Of a DNA stretch of 64,000 nt, positions 1 through 9,200 are shown one piece after another. Source of the DNA: Kiritimatiellia bacterium. GTDB lineage: Bacteria; Verrucomicrobiota; Kiritimatiellia; RFP12; JBMNHG01. Location of the stretch: positions 744,001 to 808,000 of the forward strand of contig JBMNHG010000008.1 of assembly GCA_050950285.1 (NCBI GenBank), written 5' to 3'. The notes below the pieces were generated by a model. It searched no databases. It saw only the letters and a program-made list of their open reading frames with translations, and was not told where the DNA came from. A program made the position numbers and the translations under genes. How positions within the stretch are numbered: position 1 is the first letter of the stretch; each line of letters opens with the position of its first letter.

Positions 1-460
1 ACTCGGCGACGATGGCACCCTGTTCGTCGGCGTAGGCGAGCACATTTCCATTGTTGTCGTAGAACGGGAAGTACCATGCGCCGTTGAGCGAGACGGCCAG
101 CAAACCGCCTACACCACCCGCGCCCTGGAGCGTGCCGGAGAGATCCTTGCCCCAGACGTAGTGGTTGGTTGTCGTGTCGGATGCGGTTGAAATTGTTTCC
201 TGCACCAGATTCCAATCGTCATAGAGGTAGGTGTGCGTCGCGGTTGGGGTGACTTTCAACACGCGTCTGCTCATGTGGTCGTAGGCGTTGGAAATAACGC
301 CGCCGAAGCCGTCGTAGGCGTGAAGTGTGCCGGGCCGACCGGTGCGGGTCGCGCACAGGAATCGGGAGGAGGAACCGTCGTGGAAGTTGGAGATTATGCC
401 AAGTGGCACAATGACGGACACGGCACGTCTACGAAAGTCACGAAGCGCCTTTGATAACAC
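1..460 (-). pseudogene. Orphan Rhs core fragment (second orphan module), runs off the left edge
   Basis: My manual translation of the minus strand is open: ...DFRRRAVSVIVPLGIISNFHDGSSSRFL...HAYDGFGGVISNAYDHMSRRVLKVTPTATHTYLYDDWNLVQE...YVWGKDLSGTLQGAGGVGGLLAV...YFPFYDNNGNVLAYADEQGAIVAE. Bases 161-292 are near-identical to 1630-1761. There is no convincing start codon. Confidence 0.85.
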
Positions 461-470
461 GATAGTTTCC

Positions 471-785
471 CTAAACAAAAAGGAATTCGGCAAGTAAGAA
501 AGCAAAAAGGAGGACAAATAAAACCGCATGGCAACTTTGCTCTCGTCGGACAACAGACGTGACCCAGAAAAAAACACCCAGAATAGCAAAACAATAGGAT
601 TGCTTCTCAAACATTTGTCCTTCGTTAAGAGCTCGTTTAAGCATGGCCGAAAGTATTCGGTTTCTTTCACTTGCAGTTGCGACACCTATAGACACATTGG
701 AAAACCTTGTTTTAGAAACAAGATTTGTAATCAAAGCAAAAACAAAGAAAGACATGGACAACAAATAAAAAGTTTTTTTTCGCAT
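471..785 (-). CDS. Small low-GC membrane protein, putative immunity protein for the HExxH toxin tip
   Basis: 104 aa with about 3 hydrophobic segments, AT-rich, starting 4 nt after the stop of the orphan Rhs ORF 790-2478. Immunity role is inferred from position only. Confidence 0.65.
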   Translation of the reverse strand: MRKKTFYLLSMSFFVFALITNLVSKTRFSNVSIGVATASERNRILSAMLKRALNEGQMFEKQSYCFAILGVFFWVTSVVRREQSCHAVLFVLLFAFLLAEFLFV

Positions 786-789
786 GGTT

Positions 790-2478
790 TTAATCCATTA
801 AGGCCTCTGAACAAGCCTGTTGCGCAGAAATCGCACAGTTCTCACGCCCTAGCCCATAAGTGCAGTAATGGTGCGCAAGTTCATGCACTAAGAGGGAAGC
901 CAGGGTAACACTGTCCAATTCTTTGCACTTGCTGTCACACACACCGATACCCATCCCTGGCATTGTCCATGCGGCGAAACCCAACATACAAGGGATCTTC
1001 CAGTTTCCATGACACGCCACTGACCTGCTTGGGGTCCCTAGAGAATAATTATGGCCATGTTCTTTAAACCATTCCTTACATGTGCCTTCTCTAATCGCAC
1101 GATTTGCGCGGCGGACAGCATCGTCGATTTCTGGACAACATTTACAGCCGCTATATGTCAAATCTAAGCCGAGATAATCGGAAAACAGCAGTGGGTTGTT
1201 TTGAACAAACAGGTAAGTTGGACGCAAGGAGCGTTCTCGCCAATGTTTGCTTTCGGAACGATTCATGTCACTCGTGTACTGTTGCAAGAAGGCTTCGTCA
1301 CCCAATGGGTCTCTGGATAGCCACCTCCCCAATAGAGGGCAGTAGTTACGGAGTTGGTACATGACCAGTCCGGTCTCGGAATCGTGGTACTTGGTCGAGA
1401 AACGGAAGGCGAAGGTGTCGGCCATGGAGCTGGTAGCCTCAATGGTGCAACCGAAGGCGTCGTAGGCGTACTCGGCGACGATTGTTCCGTTCTCGTCAAC
1501 ATAGGCCGTGATATTGCCGTTATTATCGTAGAACGGGAAGTACCATGCGCCGTTGAGCGAGACGGCCAACAGTCCGCCGACGCCGCCGGCACCCTGCATA
1601 CTTCCAGACAAATCGCGTCCCCAAACGTAATGGTTGGTTGTCGTGCCGGATGCGGTTGAAATTGTTTCCTGCACCAGATTCCAATCGTCATAGAGGTAGG
1701 TGTGCGTCGCGGTTGGGGTGACTTTCAACACGCGTCTGCTCATGTGGTCGTAGGCGTTGGACACCACGCACAGGCCGTTGGAATAGGCTGCGACGAGGCG
1801 GTTCTCCGCATCATACGTGTAGTTGAAACGCCCGTCCCACGTCATATTGCCGTCGAGATCGTATGCGGGAGAAATTTGGACAGGATTGACATGATTGACA
1901 TGATTGGAAATCAGGAAATACTGGTTCAGTTCGTTGGCGGTATAGATGTTCGTGACGGCGTTAAGCGAGGTCCACAGCGCGTTGCCTATGTTGTCGAAGG
2001 CGTAGCGGTTGGTGTGGGCGGGCTGGATGATGGCCGCCGTGACTTCGCTTCTGGCGTTGTAATCAAAGGTGTCGGCGTTTCGTGACGTGACGCGGTTAAG
2101 CAGGTCGTAGGTGTAGGCCAGCGGATTGTACGGCACGCCGCTGGCGCTGTTGGTGATGGCTTTTACCAGACTGCGGCGGTAGGGATCGCGGGCGACAACG
2201 CGATCCAGTACGACGCCATTCGTCAAGTTCACCGAATATCCCGCATCCCAGCCGTCGGAGGTGTAGGCGTAGGTGGCGCGGAAGGCGGTGTTGGAGACGG
2301 CGGAGCCGTCGGCGTAGACCTTGTTGGTGGCAAGCCCCGTGGCAGGGTCGTAGTGCCAATGCGTGGAGTCCCACATCGTACCGTCGCGGGTGGTCGCAAG
2401 TACGGTGTGTTTGCGTTTTGTTCTGAATGACTGTGGGATCATAAAATCATTGTAATCTTTTTCGAATGCCGTGCTCAA
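790..2478 (-). CDS. Orphan Rhs module (partial YD repeats plus Rhs-associated core) with C-terminal HExxH metallopeptidase-like toxin domain
   Basis: YD repeats, core motifs YDAFG...FRFSTKYHDSETGL...RWLSRDP...NNPLLFSDYLGL, then a Cys-rich tip containing LLVHELAHHYC. The 5' start is uncertain (TTG, AT-rich leader). Confidence 0.85.
   Translation of the reverse strand: MSTAFEKDYNDFMIPQSFRTKRKHTVLATTRDGTMWDSTHWHYDPATGLATNKVYADGSAVSNTAFRATYAYTSDGWDAGYSVNLTNGVVLDRVVARDPYRRSLVKAITNSASGVPYNPLAYTYDLLNRVTSRNADTFDYNARSEVTAAIIQPAHTNRYAFDNIGNALWTSLNAVTNIYTANELNQYFLISNHVNHVNPVQISPAYDLDGNMTWDGRFNYTYDAENRLVAAYSNGLCVVSNAYDHMSRRVLKVTPTATHTYLYDDWNLVQETISTASGTTTNHYVWGRDLSGSMQGAGGVGGLLAVSLNGAWYFPFYDNNGNITAYVDENGTIVAEYAYDAFGCTIEATSSMADTFAFRFSTKYHDSETGLVMYQLRNYCPLLGRWLSRDPLGDEAFLQQYTSDMNRSESKHWRERSLRPTYLFVQNNPLLFSDYLGLDLTYSGCKCCPEIDDAVRRANRAIREGTCKEWFKEHGHNYSLGTPSRSVACHGNWKIPCMLGFAAWTMPGMGIGVCDSKCKELDSVTLASLLVHELAHHYCTYGLGRENCAISAQQACSEALMD
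1767..2158. repeat. ~390-bp near-identical direct repeat shared with the full-length rhs (4411-4802)
   Basis: Constant offset of 2644 at both ends; both copies encode TNSASGVPYNPLAYTYD...YSNGLCV. Confidence 0.9.
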
Positions 2479-2499
2479 TAGAAAACCCGCGGGAAAATA

Positions 2500-2769
2500 T
2501 TAAACACTACGTCCATAATAAGATAAATTAGCAAGGAAACGATGAGGGAAAATGAATACAAGATTTTTTTTTGTCATCGAATTTTTGGCAAAAAAGCCAA
2601 TGCACAACCCAACCGACACCAGCCATAGCACCAATACCACCCAAGCCATATATCTGACATTCAATGTGTTTGCTATGCATGTCATGGCGCAGGCAATAGC
2701 GAACTGGAATAAAACAAGAGACGTAAAACCAAGAAAAATGCGAAATCGTTTCATAGCATGTAAAATCAT
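2500..2769 (-). CDS. Small low-GC membrane protein, possible orphan immunity protein
   Basis: 89 aa with 2-3 hydrophobic segments, AT-rich, inside the toxin/immunity array. Confidence 0.5.
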   Translation of the reverse strand: MILHAMKRFRIFLGFTSLVLFQFAIACAMTCIANTLNVRYMAWVVLVLWLVSVGLCIGFFAKNSMTKKNLVFIFPHRFLANLSYYGRSV

Positions 2770-2894
2770 ATCAAAAAACCGGACACCTTACTCTTCACAT
2801 CCTTTATTGCCCCCTGTCTTCCAAAAAGCGAAGGACAACCTTCCCGCCCGTGATTTCAAACATCAAATACCCTTTAAAACCTCTTGGCATGTTG

Positions 2895-3290
2895 TTATTT
2901 GATCTCTTCAAGGGTTGGCCCAAGCCGTATTCGACAATGGAGATCAATGTCCGCATTGTCACCACTTCCACCGGGCAATCCATCTTTCCCATAACTGCGC
3001 AAGATTACAATGTCATTCGTTTTTATGTAGCAAATGGGGTGGCCCCACCCATCGTCCAGTTGAAAACTAGACGTTAGGGAATTAGTCAGTTCGGTTAATG
3101 TGTCAGGGAAGTGCGAAAACGCATCAACAAACTCAACAAGGAGGAACTCAATCCGCCCTAAGTTTCCAATCGTCCTGTCCTTTGGTGTTATTGTGTCCCC
3201 CTGTAAGACAATTAGGGCACATCCAATGATAATGAGCGTTCCGAGCGTTCCGCCCCAATACCAGTAAGTGCGTTTTTGCATTAGTAGCAT
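2895..3290 (-). CDS. GspG/PulG pseudopilin-domain-like membrane-anchored protein in the Rhs immunity position
   Basis: N-terminal TM segment, then FPDTLTEL...DDGWGHPICY...ILRSYGKDGLPGGSGDNADI, matching the T2SS GspG C-terminal pattern DPWGxxYxY...SxGxDGxxGGxGxxADI. Starts 8 nt after the Rhs stop. Confidence 0.75.
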   Translation of the reverse strand: MLLMQKRTYWYWGGTLGTLIIIGCALIVLQGDTITPKDRTIGNLGRIEFLLVEFVDAFSHFPDTLTELTNSLTSSFQLDDGWGHPICYIKTNDIVILRSYGKDGLPGGSGDNADIDLHCRIRLGPTLEEIK

Positions 3291-3298
3291 CTCCTACA

Positions 3299-6200
3299 TT
3301 ACCAATGATATGGCGCATCTCTAAATTCCCATTGGGAATACTTCCGGCAATTATGCCGTGCAACAGAATACGCATCGCGTGTGTACATTCGACTTCGCCA
3401 CATGTAGCGCTCCCAGTTGAAGTCTTGTGTCATTGTTGTGACGTAACGTCGATCAATCGTTGCCCCCGGAACGGCGGCAAGAGAGTAAATCTCTCCCTGA
3501 AGAATTGCGCCAACAACAGTACTGCTCCAGCCCAGCCAACTCGATGAAAAATGGGGCAGTTGACCGCCCTCTAATCCTGGTACCTTGCCAAACGAAAAGC
3601 ATCTCTTCCCCAAATGACAACATTGCCACTTGTTTTGTTCGTTACAGGCATTCCTTCCATTGCCATTAACCCACGTGTCGACACAAACCGCTTGATGATA
3701 CTTGTTGTTAAGGTCATTTGCACCATTGTTGCCGGTCTCAAGCGTAATATCCAGTCCCCTGTCATCCCAACCATTTAGTGGACTGTTAAGGATAAACATA
3801 ACTGGATTGCAATTCCCACCTTTCGTCAATTCTTCTACATTGTACAAATAATATGTTTCGAAATCTGGGAAGGGAATAGCCAGTGTCTCAGCGTCTGAAA
3901 TTTTCTCGTTATACAAACTGAAAACGAAACCCTTCTCTTGAATCGGATCCCTATTGATCCACCGCATCAGTTTGGGCGCGTAGAACCGGTAGCCGTAGTA
4001 GTAGAGACCGGTCTCGGTGTCGTAATACTTGGTCGAGAAACGATGACGGAATGAATCGGCCATTGTGCCGGACTTGGCGATGGTGCGGCCGAAGGCGTCG
4101 TAGGCGTACTCGGCGACGATAGAACCGGTTTCATCGGCATAGGCCGTGATATTCCCGTTGTTATCGTAGAACGGGAAGTACCATGCGCTACCCATCTGTA
4201 CCGCCAGGAGTCCGCCGATGCCGCCCGCGCCCTGGAGCGTGCCGGAGAGATCCTTGCCCCAGACGTAGTGGTTGGTGGTCACGCCCGAGGCGGTGGCGAC
4301 GATTTCGAGAACCGGCAGCCAGCCGTCATAAACAAATCCCCGTGTCTCCGCGCCTCCGCGTGAGATTTTCAACACGCGGCGGCTAAGATGATCGTAGGCG
4401 TTGAAGACGACGCACAGGCCGTTGGAATAGGCGGCGACGAGGCGGTTCTCCGCATCATACGTGTAGTTGAAACGCCCGTCCCATGTCATATTGCCGTCGA
4501 GATCGTATGCGGGAGAAATTTGGACAGGATTGACATGATTGACATGATTGGAAATCAGGAAATACTGGTTCAGTTCGTTGGCGGTGTAGATGTTCGTGAC
4601 GGCGTTAAGCGAGGTCCACAGCGCGTTGCCTATGTTGTCGAAGGCGTAGCGGTTGGTGTGGGCGGGCTGGATGATGGCCGCCGTGACTTCGCTTCTGGCG
4701 TTGTAGTCGAAGGTGTCGGCGTTTCGTGACGTGACGCGGTTAAGCAGGTCGTAGGTGTAGGCCAGCGGATTGTACGGCACGCCGCTGGCGCTGTTGGTGA
4801 TGACCGTGACAAGGTGGCGGCGGTAGGGGTCGCGGATGACGGTACGGGAGAGAACTATCCCGTTGGTCTGCGTGATGGTGTATCCGGCGTCCCAGGCGTC
4901 ATCAGTATATGCGTAGCTTGCCGAAAAGGCATCATTCGAGACGGTGGAAAGACGGCTTTCGGAGTCGTAGCCGTAATGGACGGGGGCGGCATTGCCGCTG
5001 CGCAGTTCCGCCAGGCGGTGGCGGTGGTCCAGGGTGCGGGCCAGGGTCGCGGTGTCGCCGCCAACCATGGCCGTCTCGTTGGTGGCGGTACCGAGGTGGC
5101 TGTTCTGGTAGGCGTATCGCGCGACGGCGTTGGAGGCGGAAGCAGGGCGCTGGAAGAGGTCGTATGTCAGCACGATGTCCGGCGTGTTGTCGCTGTAGGT
5201 GGTGGCGGTGAGCAAGCCGTCGGGGTTGTAGGCGTAGGTTGTGGCGAGTCCACGCGCCCAGGTGCGGGCGGCAAGCCTGCCGTCGGGGTTGTGCGTATAG
5301 GACACTGCTGATCCGTCGGCGTAGACCTTGTTGGTGAGCAGTCCCGTGGCATGATCGTAGTTCCAGGCGGTGAGATCGAGGGACGCAGGGGACGCAAGGG
5401 AGGCGAGGGACGCGCCTCCGGCAAGCTGGATGGCGAGGGAGGCGAAGCCGGCGGCGTTGCCGCGGGCGGTGGCGAGGGCGGTCGTGCGGCCGGCGGCGTC
5501 GTACCCGTAGGCCACGGGGTAGGCCGCGCCGGTGGCGGCAACCGGACGCCCCAGGGCGTCGTAGGCGTTGGTGACGGCGTTGCCGAGCGCATCAATGCGG
5601 ACGGTCTCGCGGCCGAAGGCGTCGAAGTGCGCCCCGGTGGTCACATGGAGCGTGTCGTAGCGCGTCTCCGTGGTGCAGGGATCCCAGGTGGCCTCGTCCA
5701 GCCCCAGGAATCGCCGCACGCGGCGGGCGCCGGTGACGGGATGGTAGTTGCGGACGTGGTAGGGCGTCAGGAAGGCGTCGTAGTAGCTTACGGTGCGGGC
5801 GGCAAGGTCGTGCGTCTCGACAGTCACGCCGAACTTGGTCCTGCGGACAACGGGCGTGGCGCCGTCCGTCCGCGTGGTGGTTGTCTCGGTCTTGTCGGCG
5901 GGGTTGAAGGCGGTCTGCGTGGTGGTGACGGCGCCGTTGGCGGCGATGGCGACGGTGCGGGCGCGGCAGGCGTCGGAGAGTCCCGTCAACTGCTCGCGCG
6001 CGATGGAACGCGCCGCGCCCGCGAGGCTTTCCGAGACGCGCCAGACTTCGCCGTCAACGGTCGCGTAGGATGTGTCGGTGCGGTTGGTGATGCCGGAGAC
6101 GATTGTGCCGGTCTGCTCGCCGAGCGCATTGTGGATGTTGAAAACGGGCGGCTGCCCGGCGGTCTCGGTGCGGATCAGCCGGGCGGAGGCGCCGTCGTAG

Positions 6201-9200
6201 AAGTTGGAGGTGACGCCGGGCGGTGTGCGGACTGCGGCGACGCGCCCGAGGAAGTCGTGGCGGGTCACGCTGTTCGTGACGGCGGGATGGTCGCTGGATT
6301 CGGCTATGGTGACGTCGCGGCGGCACCCGGTGGCGTCGTATTCCGTCAGGCGGGTTTCCCGCGTCCAGCCGCCGGCCCATTCGCGCTCTGCGACCGATTT
6401 GCCGTTGCGGTAGGATGTGGTCCGGGACAGGATCACAGGATTTACAGGATTCGTCGGCGCGAAAGTCTGCGTCTCGGTCACCTCGCGGTCGGGATACGGT
6501 GTGCTGGTCGTGACCGTGCGCACGCCGCGCCGGTCGGTGTGGACGCGGTAGTCGGAGGTGCCGGCGGGGTAGAGGGTGGTCTCGGTGAAGCAGGGGTAGG
6601 CGGGGGATGTGAAGCCGGGCACGGTGGCGGTGCCCTCGAAGCGCGAGGTGCGGGTGATGGTGTTGGTCTCGCGGCCGAGGGCGTCCCTGAAGTGCTGCGT
6701 CACCCTGAAGTAGCGCGCCGGCGCGTAGTAGTAGGGGTCGGCCTCCGCGAGCTCGCGCAGCGACACCTCTTCGATGGCGTAATAGAGGTGGTCGGTGCCG
6801 GTCTCGGCGGAGCGGAGGGTCTTGAAGCCGTCGCGGTCCTGTGTCCAGAGCAGGCGGCAGCAGGAGTAGGCGTTGGTCATGGAGGAGCCGTCGGCATACA
6901 CGGTGCAGCGCAGGCGGTTCTTGTCGTCGTAGGCGTGGGTCTGCCAGCCGAAGGCCTCCGATTGCGTGCCGTCGGGCAGGATGGCCGCCGCGGCCGTGTG
7001 GAGCGTCGTGCCGCGGGTGGCGTCCCGGATGGTCAACTGCCTGACGGACTTGCCGGGGATGCCGTTGGGCGCGGCGGCGGTGGTGCGCATGGAGATGGTG
7101 CGCAGGTGGGGGCCGTTCGTCGAGATCGTGAAGGCGCGGGTGGCGGGATCGAAGATGCCGTAGTCGTGCCGGCAGGTTGTCGTGACGCCGTCCTCGCCGG
7201 TGACGGCCACGGGGCTGCCGCGCAGGAGCAGCGGCACGCCGGGGGCGTCGGTGTCGTAGCTTGTCACGGACGAGACGGCGTTGCGGGGGTCGCCGATGGC
7301 GGCGTCCGCCGCATGGGCGCGGACCGTGCGGCGGGTGACGGTGGGCCTGCCGCCGGCGGTGCCGCGGCTGTAGGTGTGCCAGGCGCGGGCGATGACCACG
7401 GCGGTGCCGCCGCGCACGTGGCAGGTGGTGACGGTGCGGGGGCGGTCGCGGTCGTCCGGGTGGCCGGCGTCGCCGGGGTGCGGCGCGTAGCCGGTCTCCG
7501 TGGCGGTGCAGGCGATGCCCATCGCCGCGATCTCCGCCAGGGTGTACGGGGTGCCGGAATGGAATTCCACCGGGCAGGCCGAGCCGTCCCACTGGTCGAG
7601 GCGCAGGGTCTCGCGCCCGCGCTCGTCCCAGGTCCGGTAGCTCCAGGGGCGGTCGTCGCCCCAGACCAGCCTGGGACGCCCGTTGCGGCGCGGGTTGCCG
7701 GTGTCGGTCCAGTAGTCGGCGTGGGCGGTCTTCCAGTTGTCCTCGCCGGAGCCCTTTTCGGAACGGGATATCTCGCGCAGGACGGCTGTCCGGCCGCTGC
7801 CGAAGCGGCGGGACTCGACGATGGTGTGCGAGAGGACGGTGCCGGCGGCGTCGCGCACGATGCGCTCCTCGGCCAGCGTGTTGTTCTCGGGGTCGTTGAG
7901 GTCGCCGGTCCTGGCGACGGTTTCGGTGGTCCCGGCGATGTTGTCGGTGCAGGTCCAGGTGCCGCCGTCGCAGACGTAGGTGTGGTCGGACATGACGTTG
8001 TCCCGGCGGCTGGTCTTGCGCAGCCGGATGCGGGACGGGGCGCCGTCCTCGTTGACGATCTCCCAGACGTGCTCGAGGACGGCGCAGGGGGCGTTGCTGA
8101 CGGTGACGCGGACGCCGCCGGCCAGTTCCTCGACCCGCAGGTCGCGCCCGCGCGCGTCGCCGCAAAGCACGCGGCCGAGGGTGCGTCCGGTGTTGTTGCT
8201 CTCGACCAGGATGGCGGCGTCGGGGCGCGCCAGCAGGCTGAAGACGGCGGGCGTGACCGTCAGCGGCGCATCGGTACGGAACCAGAGGAAGCCCGAGACC
8301 TGTCCGCGTCGGGGCGTGCCGAGCGGGATGCGGAAGGCCAGCGAGCCGGTCTCCGGCCCCTCGAAGCCGTCGCAGTCGCCGTTCTCGCAGCCGGAGCAGT
8401 CGTCGCAGGGATCGGAGGAGAGCAGCCCGACACCCTTTTCAACGCAGCTTTCGCCGGTGGCGGGATCGTGCCATTCCCCGCCGTTCCAGACGGGGGTGCC
8501 GCCGAGGGCCACGGTCGCCTCGACGCGGCCGGGTTCCGGATATTGGAAAAGGGTCTGGAACCATTCGTCCAGTTCCGTGTCGCCGAAATCGACACGGGGC
8601 TCGCAGGTGCATGTGCAGCCGCCGGTGGCGTCGCGCCACCAGTTGCGCCAGAGGCAGCCGCTGTCGAGCGGATATTCGGATGTCTCGCCGTATTCGCCGG
8701 TGGCGGGGTCGTAGCCGATGCGCTCGCAGCCGCCCCGGCCGTGCAGGCCGTCGCCCCACGTCAAGACGGGCCATATCGCCAGGACCACCGCGGCGGGCGC
8801 GTCGCCCGCATCGCCGGAGGACGGCATGGGGAGGGCCTGCGGCAGGGCGTGGCATCCCGGCTTCCGGAACGAGAGCGTGCCGCCGACGGCCGCACCGTCC
8901 GGGCCGGAGGCGGCGGCAAAGCCGATGCCGTCCCCCCATGTCGCGAAGGGGTTGGCGGTGGCCGCGCGTTCCATGTCGTCCGGCCTGGCGCGGCAGGGAC
9001 GCGTGGAGCGGTCGAAGTCCGCGGAGAGCGTGCCGCCGCTTCCGAGGTCGACCACCGTGCACTCCACGCCGTTGGTGGAGGCCTGTATGCCGCCGGAAAG
9101 GCTGATGCCGGGGGCCCAGGAGAGCAGGTACAGCGGCCGGGCGCACCGGGCCAGTCCGGCGGTGGTGGCGCGAAGCCGCAGGGTGAGTTCCGCGGGGCCG

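Noticed and set aside
2766..2890. Possible frameshifted remnant of another toxin tip upstream of ORF 2500-2769
   Set aside because: Too short and without motifs to support a call.
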